Source: Flaccisagitta enflata
Lineage: Eukaryota
Length of the DNA stretch: 64,000 bases
Direction of reading: 5' to 3'
NCBI GenBank assembly: GCA_965153355.1
Contig: OZ231126.1
Coordinates: 45,260,001 to 45,324,000, forward strand
Shown here: positions 1-14,021 of the stretch, piece by piece
How positions within the stretch are numbered: the first letter of the stretch is position 1
How the letters are laid out: each line of letters begins with the position of its first letter
Position numbers and translations under genes: made by a program
The notes under the pieces: generated by a model
What the model was told of the DNA's origin: nothing
Databases searched by the model: none
What the model saw: the letters and a program-made list of their open reading frames with translations, nothing else

Positions 1-196
1 TCAAGGCGCAGAATGCCATGGAAGTGACCGGATAAATCTCTTACAAATGAAGTTTTAAGTTTTCTCTCTCCCCCTCCTTTCCAACCACTTATCTCTTCTT
101 TGCGTAGCTCACCTTCTTATCCCCTGTTCAACCGTTTCTTATTCCTTTCTTTTCCTTTTTTCACCGACGCTTTTCCCTTATTTAACAATGAAGCAA

Positions 197-275
<79 letters not shown>

Positions 276-1164
276 GCGTCTCTTTCTGCGCGCGCAGCTG
301 CGAGAGTCAGAATTTTGAATAATTGTCCCAAATAAGACGAAAAACCCAAAAACTTGCGCCGAAAATTCGAGGAATTGAAAATGGGCCAGGTGCCAGGAAG
401 ACGAAGACGAAGATGAAGAAGTGGGAGTCGTCAGACGGAGGAAGTGCAAAGGGGGAACAAGGTGGAAGTGGTGCCGCGTGACTGGCGCCTGGCGGTATAT
501 TTTGGGTGAAGCAAGTGTTGTTTCTGTGCAAAAAATGAAAAAAAAAAATCGATGTGAACCTACCATTAGCTCCTAATCCCTTCTTGCAAATCATATCAGA
601 CTGTATTGAAAAGTACCGCTCATTAAAACAAGTCCAAAACTGGGCAAAAGTCGCGGACGACTGGGCAGGGGCAGTACTGTATTTTGCAGTATTTTCCCCC
701 ACAATGACTTGAAACTCCATAAAAAAGAAGAAGAAACGTAAATTAAAAGATGTGATGGCCGGACAGAGGGACGGAGGGACAGATGGACAAACAGATGGAC
801 GGACCGACAAAGCGAGCAGCGGCATAACGGGAGAGACACATAGTTCAAGGATGGAATTAAAATGGCATTTTGCCATAGGTATTGAGTGCGAGTGCGTTTA
901 TCGAAACTAAAGAGCTCAATATCGTCCCAGGTTAAATGATAGTAAGAGACAGAGGGACTGATACAGTGGAATGATCATTTTGCGACAGACTGTTACCAAC
1001 AGTCACTTACAACCGTCTAACAAGGTATATTGGGCATGTTCATCAAAGTTGAGGAAAACAAAAAAAGAATAAGATTGCTGAGAAAAAAAGAGGACTATTA
1101 TCACAGGCCTCTTGATATCTTTCGGGCAGCAGGATTTGGGCATTGAAAAATTCCGACTGTCCAT

Positions 1165-1512
1165 TACGTCCCGTGAAGCGCCCCAAACTTCAACTATGGC
1201 TCCCACCAATCTTACCACAGTTGAGGCTTGGTAAGAAAATATTCCATGCAAAATTTTGAACCTCTGAGAAAGCAGGAACCTTTGTTAGGCTGAGGTTAAA
1301 GTTTGTATTGAATTAGCATTGAAATCAATATTTCCATTATGCAAATTTGGTTTCAGCTATAGATTTTTATGGAAACTTCATGATCACCCTCACAAAGGGT
1401 CACGCAATTCCAGAGGCCTGAAAATTTGCATGGGATATTTTCTTACCAAGCCTCAACCATGGTAAGATTGGTGAGAGTCAGTGTTGAAGTTTGGGGCACT
1501 GCATGGGACGTA
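1165..1512. mobile_element. Foldback/MITE-like element with imperfect inverted arms of about 125 bp
   Basis: tacgtccc...aacttcaac...caccaatcttacca...gaggcttggtaagaaaatat at 1165-1290 is the reverse complement of 1387-1512; true termini and TSD unclear. Confidence 0.75.
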
Positions 1513-1819
1513 CTGAACATTCTGACATTCATACAATAAAACAGTGTCTACGCAGTTACAATCACTTTTTTTTTCTTGCTTTCCTTTCCTTTCCTCTCCT
1601 TTCCGTTTTCCGACCAACGGATGGACGGGCTGAAGGACCGACTCGGCAAAATCTAGAGTCGTGTCTCCGCGACTAAGAAGAATAGAATACTAGTAAATAA
1701 GGAATCTATCAAAATATCCACTGGGCAATTCTTACCTCTCTCAGACTCTCTCTTTAAAACGCTTTCATGTTAATTAACAATATCTGTAGGCGGGGCTGAA
1801 GATAGTAAAGCGCCAATTA

Positions 1820-1928
<109 letters not shown>

Positions 1929-2139
1929 AGAAAGTGAATATTCAGAATACGTGATAAGACCACCTTTGAGAATTTTTTGGGAATCATAAAGAAGTTTTTT
2001 TTCACTCGACCAGGTACTTCATCCACAGCCCCGGAGGAGTAACTCAATGCCCAGGGTGTAAGAGGGATAGAATGAAAAAACAGAGGGAGAGATAAAGTGC
2101 GAGTAAAAGACAGACAGAAAAAGACAGACAGAAAAAGAA

Positions 2140-2236
<97 letters not shown>

Positions 2237-2975
2237 GAATTTTTTTTCGCTAGGAGGAATGAGAAAATTAAGTACTCATACAGGAAACTCATTTTTATAA
2301 GAGATCTCAAATAGAGTTTCCTAGCTTCAACCTGTGGGGTAGCAAGAGCGAGAGACAGAAAGAGATAAAGACATAGACAGGGAAAAAAGGGAGGAGTGCC
2401 TCAAGTCAATATAACCTTACACACGAAGCCATTAGAAGAACTCAATCATAGTTTTTTCTTTAGTTTTTTTTTTTACGTGTATTATTCTTCTTTATTTGTT
2501 CATGGCCACACAAGAAGCGAAAATTTCCTTGGGAATTAACTTGAAAATGTTTTGATTATGATAATGAAATTTTCCATCTTTTCCTGAGAGGCTGTTGGAG
2601 AGTGGGAAAAAAAAATTCGAATCGAGGTGAATCGAAGTAGGAGAGTTAACTGATGGAGTAATCAACGGGAAGAAAAATGAACATATGTCGGACAACACCA
2701 AAACACTGCCACAGGTAAGGCCCAATGGATACGCAAGAGGAACAGAATGACCAAAGCTCTTGGTTTTATTTCTCAAAAAAGAAAAAAAAAGGAAGAACCT
2801 GACCTAAATAAGAAGGAGGTTAAAAGTGACCAAATCCGTTCCTGCTTTTCTTCCAGCATCCTTCTTAGTCCCTCTAAATCCTTTTATCACCTCCTCACAT
2901 TCTTAAAATTGTTATTTTTCTCTCTTTCCATGACAGATGTTTCTTCTTTCTTTGACCACAAGATCTTCTTTTTTT

Positions 2976-3055
<80 letters not shown>

Positions 3056-3316
3056 TCATCTCTTTCTTCTTGTCTTGACCAAGGAATCCTTGCAGGTCGT
3101 AAAAAACAAACATTGCTTCCATCACGTGAGTGACCATCAGTCAAAGACTCAAAATTCTCAAAACCTAACTGGGTCACGTTAAAGCTTATTCACGTATGTT
3201 ACGAACTTTGATTGATTTGGGCTCAGATTCATACAATTTCCATTTCAGCCAAAAGGCCGCTCGCGTCATCAATGATCTGGCATCCGCCATCCGCGCATTT
3301 CTTCTCCCCCGCCCTC

Positions 3317-3377
<61 letters not shown>

Positions 3378-3904
3378 CTTCTAGCCTTTCCATCTCTGTC
3401 CGTCTTTGTCTTTGCTCTTCAAACTGCATAAACGGTCTCTCGACGATCCACTGTGACCCTTTTCCGTGACACCCATAGACGTCGTCCTCTTAGTCGTCCT
3501 CATCGACGTCATCGTCCCTATCATCCTCGTTATTGTCATCGTTTTCGTCGTCATCGTCATCAACGCCGTCTCCGTCGTCATCGCCGCTCTTTCCTCTCGG
3601 CGTCGTTGTTTTGGTCAGTTGACGCGCTCATTTGCAACACAAATATTCATCGGCCCCTTCCGTCCATTATTTCAACTAATAGATCGTCCTTTGGTAACAA
3701 ACTTGATTTTTCGAAATCGTTACAATTCTGGGTCAACTCGGGTTCTGTGATGAGGATGAACAACGTCTTTTTCTTGGGCATCGATTGCCTGCGGGAAATC
3801 CTTAATCAACAATCAACTCTGAACTTTGACCTTTTTTTCTTCTCCTTGAGGAGAAAATCGCGGAAGAAAAGACCGGGAAAGTAAGGAAGAAAAGAGAGGA
3901 ACAG

Positions 3905-4220
3905 AAGGAAGGAAGGAAAGGGAGGAAAGGAAAGAAAAAGAAGGATGGGAAGTATAGGAAGGGAAGGAAGGAAGGAAAGGAAGGAAAGGAAGGAAAGGAA
4001 GGAAAGGAAGGAAAGGAAGGAAAGGAAGGAAAGGAAGGAAAGGAAGGAAAGGAAGGAAAGGAAGGAAAGGAAGGGAGGAAGGAAAGAAAGGAAAGAAAGG
4101 AAAAAAAGGAAAGAAAGGAAAGAAAGATAAGAAAGGAACGAAAGGAAAGAAAGGAAAGAAAGGAAAGAAAGGAAAGAAAGGAAAGAAAGGAAAGAAAGGA
4201 AAGAAAGGAGAGGAAGGAAA
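3905..4220. repeat. Purine 9-mer arrays (GGAAAGGAA)n/(GGAAAGAAA)n
   Basis: Directly visible. Confidence 0.9.
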
Positions 4221-4622
4221 GGAGAAATTCAAGAAAGGAAATAAGAAATTCTAGTAAAGAGGGGAAGAGATGGACAAAGATAAAGGTGGAGAAAGCAGAA
4301 AATGAAAGAGGACACAGGTCTGATGAATTTCGTTGTAAAGGAGGGCCAAAAAAAAAAAAGTATGAAGAAAAACTATATGTTTTGTTGTTTGCATGGGGAA
4401 GGCTGAAGCAGGGACACATAAACCCCTAATAGAAGGGAAGGGTTTGTGGCGTCTTGACGATGAATCATAAAGCAATTACTGCACGAAAAATAAAACAAGC
4501 AGGGAAAACAAATTCGTTACAAAGCTCTTTGCTACTTGGTTCAATGGGTGGTTAGTTCAACGCGTTTGACCTCCGACTACAGAGTTTTTTATCTCTCCCA
4601 TGTCTTCAATGATCATCAAGAA

Positions 4623-4897
4623 AACAAGGCCAAGTAGGCCAACGATGCGTCCTCTTTGAATGAATGTTTTTTATGAATGAATGTTTTTTATGAATGAATG
4701 TTTTTTTATGAATGAATGTTATTTATGAATGAAAAAATGATTTATTGAATGAACTAGTGGATGTACACTTCTTTTACTGGGTCAGGACCAATTTTCTGTT
4801 GAAAAAAAATGCATGAATTCAATGTTTATAATGAATGCGTTACCCGACAGACCAACGGACACAGCCTATTATAGAGATGCGACGACGCCTTTAAAAA
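4623..4897 (-). mobile_element. HINE-like element, family D variant with internal TGAATGAATGTTTTTTA repeats
   Basis: aacaaggccaagtaggcc end and gaatgcgttacccgac...tatagagatgcgacgacgcc end match family D copies. Confidence 0.7.
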
Positions 4898-5022
4898 AAT
4901 CTCGCCATAAAGTTTGGCCAAACCTTTCAAAAATGTATACAAATGCAAGCAGGCAAACAAAACCATGGCTCGTCTTTCAACGCTTGTCGTGACCAAAACA
5001 CATACAGCTTAAAACATATATA

Positions 5023-5115
<93 letters not shown>

Positions 5116-5536
5116 GGTGTATGAGACTCTCTCTCTCTCTTCCCATCTTTGAACGCCTAAATCCTCTCAACTTTTTAACGATGGCGATTTCTGCTACGTT
5201 TCCGACGCTACTTAAAAAGACGAACAAGCCAACATTAATTTCCATGTTGTAGGACCAAAATCGACCTCGATTTGCAACTAAAAAAAGTAAGCAGAAAAAC
5301 GGCGATTTGCGTTACCAATCTTTACTCCGTTCAGAAAACTCAGACCGTGATTAAGGGGTGGATTCCGCACGTGCTGACGGGAGAATGGTATTGCTTTCTA
5401 TTTTATCGTTCTCTTTTTTTCTCCCTTTTTCGTGCTATCTATTTTGCTTTCCTTCTTTTTACAATCGAGCTTCACGAAAGCGCACCTTAGCTGATGACTG
5501 ACGAAAGAAAACTACCCTACATGGTGAAGTTATGAA

Positions 5537-5579
5537 ACAATCAATCAAACAATCAATCAATCAATCAAACAATCAATCA

Positions 5580-5649
<70 letters not shown>

Positions 5650-5872
5650 CAATCAACAAATCAAACAATCAATCAGAAAATCAATCAAAAAATCAGTGAA
5701 TCAATAAAACAATCAATCAAGCATGTCCTTCTTTTTTTCTTTCTTGCTTTTTTATATCTCTGTTTTTTGTTTCTATGTTTCTCTGTTTCTCTGTTTCTCC
5801 GTTTCTCTGTTTCTTTGTTTCTTTGTTTCCTTCTTTCTTTCGTTCTTACGTTCCGTTCTTTCTTTCTTTCCT

Positions 5873-5939
<67 letters not shown>

Positions 5940-5973
5940 GTCTGTCTGTCGGTCTTTCTTTCTTTCTTTCTCA

Positions 5974-6047
<74 letters not shown>

Positions 6048-6105
6048 GTCTTTCTTTCTGTCTTTCTTTCTTTCTTTCTTTCTTTCTTTTTCCTTTCTTT
6101 CTTTC

Positions 6106-6165
<60 letters not shown>

Positions 6166-6195
6166 TCAGTCTTTCTTTCTTTCTTTCTTTCTTTT
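5537..6195. repeat. (AATC)n followed by (TTTC)n microsatellites
   Basis: Directly visible. Confidence 0.9.
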
Positions 6196-7042
6196 TTTCC
6201 TTTTCTTCTGTTTTGTATGTTTTTTTTTTTTTGTTTTTTTTTTGACGATTGCTTGATACCGCTAAACAAGGGTCTTATCCATCGCCGTTGCATCACCGCG
6301 GATTTACACATCAGGCTTGTCCGTCCATTCGTTTTTGTGATCTGTTTTACCATAATATCTCCCCCCCCCCCCCCACAATGATTCTCATACATTTACCTTC
6401 GATTGCACATTGAACGAACGTCCCGAACAAGTTAGACAGTCAGTCGGTCAATCGGTCAATCGGTCAATCGGTCGGTTTGTATGCGTGTGCGAGGTCTGAC
6501 GTGCGTTCAAAACGCGTATCCCGCGATCATTACTGGAACCAATTACGCGTGCAGTAATTGATGACATGACGTCTAGTCTACGATTGATTGATCGAGTAGA
6601 CGCAGGGAAAGCACGGCAACTAATAAGACGAAACATTTTTTTGGTCGTTCATACAGCACGTGCAAGAGTCAAACGGGGTAACGCCTACTAACCCCCCCCC
6701 CCCTTCCCAACCCCCCCCCCCAAAAAAAAGAATAACGCTCCGACTGAACATCGACGTTGAATGCTCCATGCGCCTGTGCTCACCGTTCATCTATTATCAG
6801 CGGCCGAATCTGGCGAGACGAGCGACGTTCGTTCGGTCGAAAAGAAATGGCGAAGAGTTCTCATGAAAATGTGATCGGAGGATGGTCAAAGCCTCGAAGG
6901 CGGGGGTGGAGGAGGACAAGGAGGAGGACAAGGAGGAGGCGGAGGAGGCGTCAGGGGTCAGGTGGTCAAGCGGATGGCGGTCAGCTGGCAACGAAATTGG
7001 CGAATAAATGGGACAGGAATTGGTGGAACGGAGAATATGAGA

Positions 7043-7372
<330 letters not shown>

Positions 7373-7723
7373 GACAGACAGAAAATGTAGAGAAACTAAC
7401 CAACAAAGACGAAGACAACCATCAGAGACAAAGACAAAGACTTAGAAAGAGAGACCAACACAGAACAAGTTGGGGATGCCGAGACAAAGATAAAAGACCA
7501 AGAGACCGAAAAACACGTCATATTGAAAAAATTGAAAGATAATCACAGCTCTGGAAAGACGCTTAAAAAGCTCGGTGAAACACATGATTCTTTTAAAGAC
7601 ATGTAAAACTATCGAGCTATCTAAGATGAAGCAAAGTTGGCGAAAAAGTCGATGTTCTTTATCGAAGGAGAACTGTAAAATAGTAGGTCAGTATGTGTCA
7701 CTATTTCGATACGATGTTAGGGC

Positions 7724-8244
7724 CAGGGTATGGCAAAGTCCCCAAGCACGAGAGCATTGCTCGTAGGCAGCAAGGTATTTTTTTAGGCAGGAGAGAAAAA
7801 TATATGAAGAGTTTATTTTGGAAATATGAAAAAAGTTTTTAGTAGCGTGCAAGCGACTCTACAACCCGCAATGTCCGTCGGGCAGTCGGTCGGTTGGTCA
7901 GTTGGTCACACTTTACTTTTTTTCATTATTCTATTTCTTTGACCTCACTACCCCTGCCCAAATGGTCTGGTGACCTCAAATATGGCCCCTGCCCACCCAC
8001 ACGCCACTTCCGTAGCCATGTATCTGGCCTTGTTAAAAAAAAATTAAGATTCTTTTTTTAAATTCATCAAAATTTTGTTTTTCTTAGTTTTCAACTAGTT
8101 GGATTTGAGAGAGATCTTAAATAGATTTGTAATTCTGAACCTAGAATGTATCAAAAAACGTTTGAAAATTATTCAATTCTATTTTAGGCAGGAAGATACT
8201 GAAAAATCCTGCTTGTAGGCAGCCAAAAATTTTGCCGGACCCTG
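7724..8244. mobile_element. Possible hAT-like MITE interrupted by a HINE-A copy
   Basis: Imperfect TIR cagggtatggcaaa / tttgccggaccctg (12 of 14); repeated taggcag subterminal motifs; TSD not clean. Confidence 0.45.
7836..8034 (+). mobile_element. HINE/DINE-1-like non-autonomous element, family A
   Basis: tttttAGTAGCGTGCaaGCGACT hairpin, GTCG microsatellite, cctgcccaccc block, terminal tatctggccttgtt. Confidence 0.8.
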
Positions 8245-9394
8245 GAACTTAGGGCCATCTCATATCTCCCCGTGATGAACAAAGAAAAGTCTGAAAAGCA
8301 CGACTACAAGAACCAGAAACAAGCCAATTGAAAGATGCAAATTGAGACAATACGTGACAAGCTACTAATAACACCGTACAAGTCTAAAGCGGCTTTATCT
8401 CTCTCTCTCTCTCTCTGTCACAAAAGCCGCCACATTTCCATATTGAATACCTTATCTCTTTCCGTTTCCGTCCCAGGCCGACCCTCAACGCGGAATCCTC
8501 TTTGGATTTACCTGCGCTGTTTTGCTTCCACTTTCGCCGCCAAAACGATGCCGTCTCTTACATATGTGTACAAGCGCAACTGTCACCGTCCTCATACTTA
8601 CACAATACGACATCGCACCTCCATCAACAACACCAACCCCTCCATCATCGGTACCTAATCATAACTTCACTTTTACCTTCATAATCAAGCGTCTCACCGG
8701 TTGTGGCCATCACCACCACGCCAGTGCTCCACCGTTCAACGTTGTTTCCGGTCTAGCATGGAAATCCTCCTTATTTTCCTTCAGTCCTTATCGCACGCCG
8801 CCTCCGGCGTCTCTCCCGCCTCGCGCTTCTACCGCCGCCGTTACCTCTCACCGCCACTTTTTCTCCGTCGACGGTTAATCATCCTCATTTGCATAACGTT
8901 TTCTCTCTGTGTTGTTCCCTTTATCGTTGTCATTTTCGATCAAATTATCGTCGCCGTCGTCGTCGGCGTTTCCATTCGTTGGCATTACCACTTATCTCTA
9001 TGGACGCCCCCAATTTACCTGAACGAGTTCTCTTCGAGGAAACTAAGACGCTCTCATGATGGCTTTTAATAATAAACGCTGCCATCCCGTTTACCACTGA
9101 TATATTATCATGAAAGGAAGGTGTCTTGGTTGAAATGGAGTGTAATTTTCCGCTTTTCGTTCTGGTAATGTAGCTTATTGCCTAGACGGGGCTCTTCAGT
9201 GGAACTCGTATGTTGAGGCACAAGCGTTGACCGACGCAATGGTCTGAAAGCATTTACATCACTTTTACATGATCGAGATCGATACCCAACTCCAACATGG
9301 TCGGATACACGGCTACCCCAGTCACTTGCGGGTGGGCAGGGGCCATATTTGCGGTCACCAGAGCATTTGGGCAGGAGCAGTATGGTCAAAGAAT

Positions 9395-9944
9395 AAACAG
9401 GTCGCCCAAGGGCAATATGCGGTCAGCGAAACCCGTTGCCCTGCTTTGCATGATTGCAAATTGGAGTGAGAGGAAGCAGGGCATCTGCCCCGAAGGGGAC
9501 AAAGTCCTGTAGAACACAGGGGGACTTTCGTTCATTCGTCCGTCTATCCGTCTCCCCCAGGCCCTCTCAGACCAGAAATTTGCCCTATCAGGCCTAAAAT
9601 CTGCCCCATCAGGCCTGAAATCTACCCTCAGGCCTGAAATCTTCCCTCTCAAGCCTTGAATCTGCCTAAGGAGACAAATTTAAGGCCTGACAGGACAGAT
9701 TGCAAGCCTGAGGGTATATTTCAGGCCTTAGAGGGCAGATACAAGGTTAGAAGGCCAGATCTCAGGCCTGAGGGTAGATTTCAGGGCTGATAGGGCAGAT
9801 TTCAGGTTTGATAGGGCAGATTTCAGGACTGAGAGGGCCTGGGGGGGGGGGGGCACGGAAGGAGGAACAGATGAACGAACGAACAAACAAAAGTCCCCCT
9901 GTGTTATACAGGACTTCGTCCCCTTCGGAGCCGCTGCCCAAAAA
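9395..9944 (-). mobile_element. Family B foldback HINE-like element with mirrored 21-bp repeats
   Basis: Near-palindrome at 9479-9939 (gggca...gtcctgtagaacacagggggacttt / aaagtccccctgtgtt...gctgccc) plus an asymmetric tail of about 85 bp shared with the 50752 copy. Confidence 0.85.
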
Positions 9945-9947
9945 CAT

Positions 9948-10507
9948 AAAACTAGTCATCCAAGGATCGCACATGGTTAGCGGTACCCGATGCCCTGCTG
10001 GTAGTGGTCCAGTGAAGAGGTGGAGTGAGAGCAGGGCAGCGGCCCCAAAGGGCAGATGTCCTGTAGAACACAGGGGGGAATTTCGAGACGTCCGTCCATC
10101 CGTCCTAAGGGGGCATATTTCAGCTTTTAGATGGCTGATTTAGGCTACTGGGGGCATATTTGAGGGCTGGAGGGCAGAATCACGGCTCGGAGCACAGATT
10201 TGAGGTTTGGAGGGCTGATTTGATGCCTGGAGGGCTGATTGAAGGTCTGGAGGGCAGATTTGAGGTCTGGAGGGTGGATTTGAGGCATGGGGGAGACTAA
10301 TTTCAAGCCAAGAGGGCTGATTTGAGGCCTTGAAAGCTAAATTGAGGCCTGAGAGGGCTAATTTGAAGCCCGGCAGAGCTAATTTGATGCTCAACGGGGG
10401 GGGGGGGGACGGACGGAAGGACGGACGGACGGACGGACGGACGGACGTCTCGAAATTCCCCCCTGTGTTCTACAGGACATCGGCCCTTTGGGGCCGCTGC
10501 CCAAAAA
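9948..10507 (-). mobile_element. Family B element, second subfamily, with 20-bp tandem repeats
   Basis: Inverted repeats of about 70 bp at 10034-10104 and 10430-10502 flank a gatttgaggtctggagggca-type array. Confidence 0.85.
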
Positions 10508-11950
10508 GGTAAAGTGTGAGCAACAACCAACCAACCGACCGATCGACCGATGGACAAAACGGGGTGTAGAGTCGCGTAGTACGCGACTAAAAATCCAATG
10601 ATACCATGAGTCGCTTTCTCCCCTGACCAATCTGACCGCCAAGGTAGGATTTCGATTTTTTTGCTCTGGCAAACAGCATTATCAGCAACGGTCAAGCTAG
10701 CTGTGTCTTCTGCTTTCTGATCATAGTGTATTTCTATCGTGGTCCATACATCTGTAAAAACTAATGATCATTTCAGAAAAACTCTCATTCTCAATCAAAA
10801 CAAACATGTGTCAAAGCATTAAGAGTTACCTGATTGACCTGAAACAAACACTTTTATTTCTTGTAGAAAATATCTTAAAGGTTAATAAGCACAAGACACA
10901 AAAAAAAAAAAACTAGTGCTTTTGGTTTTCTCAAAAAATAAAAAAAATGATTTCTGTGAAAAACTAGGATGATGTAGATAAAATACTGTAAAGCATTGTT
11001 TCAGGGATCATAAGTTTTCTGCAATGCTTCGTCCTTGTACTTCTATTCTCGGCAATTCCACAAACGCAGTCAGCCAATTCCGTTGGCGGATTATAGACAA
11101 CCTGAACCGTAAACCTGAATTGCAAATGTGTCGAGGTTACAATCGACGTTTATCACAAAGAAACGAATGGCGCGCTACATTCAACCTTATGCAAACGAGA
11201 TATTCGGGGGCGCGCGCGCGAAAGATAGAGAGAAAGAGAGGCCTTGAATAACAAAGGAGAAAAACCATTACAGATGCAGGTACAACGCGACTGGTGAAAG
11301 AGAGCAGGTGTCGAATTAGATGAAAGAGATGTGTCAGAGGCGATGATGATCTGGAGCCATTAATGGGCGTCAAGAAGGTAATAAAATGATGAATGAACAC
11401 AAAGCTAGAACTCAAACATTAGCCTTGACACAAGGCCCTTGAGTATATCTAACGTAAGGATAGAGAGCGGGAAAATTGTACAATTGTACGTACAATTTCA
11501 TGCACACACAAACGCCAACAAACCGCAACAACTTTCCGAAACAACCGAGTAAAACCGAGTCCGGTTGGGCTCTTCCGATCTCAAAAGCGGTAATCCTTTC
11601 AGAGGAAAACAGAAACCGTGCAGAAATACTGCAAATGTTCTATGTGCTGACCGTTTCTCTTCTATTTTTTTGCATAGGTCGTAATTTCGGTTTGCGGATT
11701 GGTGAGAGAACCACGTTGGAAGCTGATTTTGGTTTGACCGGCGGGGTTCAGGGCAACGAGTGAGGTGGGAGAGGGCAGGAGTGAAGGGGTTTGGGGGAGA
11801 GACGGCAGGGAACATGGCAGTTCCGAGGGAGGAATAGTTGGGAGTCTTTGAGATAAAGCGTGAAGCCAATTGAAATCTGCTTGGCATTCGCAAGATGTGG
11901 AGATATTCTCTTCGCATGTCTCATGAGAGTAAATCATTGGAGTAGGGTTC

Positions 11951-12311
11951 GAATGAATGAATGAATGAATGAATGAATGAATGAATGAATGAATGAATGT
12001 ACAAACGAGTGATTGATTGAATGAATATATGAGTGAACGAGTAAATGAATGAATGAATGAATGAATGAATGAATGAATGAATGGATGAATGAATGAATGA
12101 ATGAATGATTGAATGAATGAATGAATGAATGAATGAATGAATGAATGAATGAATGAATGAATGAATGAGTAAATAAATGAATGAATGAATGAATGAATGA
12201 ATGAATGAATGAATGAATGAATGATTGAATGAATGAATGAATGAATGAATGAATGAATAAATGAATAAATGAATAAATGAATAAATGAATGAATGAATGA
12301 ATGAATGAATG

Positions 12312-12402
<91 letters not shown>
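11951..12402. repeat. Compound (GAAT)n-(CAAT)n microsatellite
   Basis: Directly visible. Confidence 0.95.
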
Positions 12403-12672
12403 GAATATTTGTAGTGATCATTTATGCTGACAAAAAATAACATGGCGCTATTGACAAACGAGGTCGGAAAGACGGGTTGACAGGACGTCCTGCATGTAGA
12501 TCTGCTTTAGCGCACGTACAAACGGACATGATGTTTGATAGCGAAAACTCTTGTTCCTGTACACGCTGATCAACAGGCCTTTTTTTAGTGATTTTTTTGG
12601 AAGAGCCAACCGGGCTCTCTCCTTATAATTTTACAGAGCCCGACGGAAAAACAGCGAGCCCGGCAAAAATCG

Positions 12673-12892
12673 AGGCCGGATACACGGCAACCCCAGTCGC
12701 GTGCGGGTGGGCAGGGGCTGTAATTGAGGTCACCAGATCATTTGGGCAGGAGCAGTGAGGCCAAAAACCGCAAAAAAACAAAAAAAGTAAAGTGTGACGG
12801 ACGGACTGACGGATGGACCGACGGACGGAGAGACCGATGGAGCGACGGACCAACAAAGTTGGGTGCAGAGTCGCCTAGCACGCGACTAAAAA
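12673..12892 (-). mobile_element. HINE family A copy nested in the hAT element
   Basis: aggccggatacacggc...agtcgcgtgcgggtgggc...(GACG)n...gagtcgcctagcacgcgactaaaaa. Confidence 0.85.
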
Positions 12893-13449
12893 CAGTGTTG
12901 GATAACAAGCTACCCAAGTCGTGTGAAGGTGGGCGAGGGGTAACTGGTGTTCAAATAAAAACTGTAGGAAGTTTTTACATAAGAATGGCTATCAAAATAT
13001 TGCTTTAAATGAATGACAAGTACCGCTTGATGACATGTTTAAGACCAGACAATTTTGTTAAAAGATTTTGATAAGATCATAAATAAAATCTGAGTACATA
13101 AAAAATCAATACTTTTTAATGATTTTAAACAGCGCCTAAGACAGAATGTTAGTCAAAAATGCCCATTTATCCTTATTGGAAATTGTTTTGTAAAAACTCA
13201 GTTCATGGACATAAAACATAAAAGAAGAATAGATTATCTCTACAGTTTTTTTTTCAAACACCCAATAATATCAATAAAATGACTTGTAAACGCAAAAAAA
13301 AAAAAAAAAAAAAAAAAAAACAGTGTCAGCAATCAATAGACGCAATAAAGATTAGACGGACTAACAAACGGACAGAGAAGCAGATGGACAGACAGCTAGC
13401 AAGTTAAGGAGTCCCGTACACACGACTTGAAAAACTGATCATTTTACTT

Positions 13450-13607
13450 TTTTTTCGGTTGCAGACACGTGACTCTACACCTTGCTGTGTTGGTCAGTCC
13501 CTCCATTTGTTAGAAGGTTGGTAACATTTTTTTAAATTGCAAGCGGTTTTGCATTACTGCCCCTGCCCAACAGTCTGCGACGCTGGTGCCGTATATCCGG
13601 CTTAGTT
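13450..13607 (+). mobile_element. HINE short subfamily A', degenerate
   Basis: Reverse-complement similarity to 28012-28156. Confidence 0.65.
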
Positions 13608-14021
13608 TAAATGTGTGAGCCTAATGACACTGCCATCCTACAATGATAATTTTTCACCTCTATCATGATAGAAATAAAATGGTCTTTAAGAAAGCAAAAA
13701 CCATTGCATGCCAACTTTTCATACCATCAATACTAGACGCATTTACATGAAGCAAATAAGATGCTTTACTTGTTGATAATTGATCAATTTACATTTGACA
13801 AAGTGGCTGTGGTCGAAATTCATTTAAGTCACTCTTAACTAGTGAACTGGATTTTCTTTTTATGAATCACCCATTCCATATGCGTTCAAAACATGGCATC
13901 AAATTTGAGAGAGCCAGCCGGGCTCAGAGCCAGCAAAACATGAGAGCCCGAGTGCAAAATAGAGAGCCATGGGCTCGCGGGCTCGCTCTAAAAAAAGGCC
14001 TGCTGATCAAAGTTTGACAAT

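Larger units (their letters stand above)
9294..10593 (-). mobile_element. HINE family A copy split by two nested foldback (family B) insertions
   Basis: 9294-9394 and 10503-10593 join into a sequence collinear with the intact copies at 12673 and 45670. Confidence 0.8.
12574..14002. mobile_element. Non-autonomous hAT-type element carrying nested insertions
   Basis: Perfect 15-bp TIR CAGGCCTTTTTTTAG / CTAAAAAAAGGCCTG; exact 8-bp TSD CTGATCAA (12566-12573, 14003-14010); repeated GAGCC/GGCTC subterminal motifs. Confidence 0.9.

Noticed and set aside
375-500. Possible first coding exon near ATG 381/413
   Set aside because: Frames close within 12-22 codons and no downstream exons were found.
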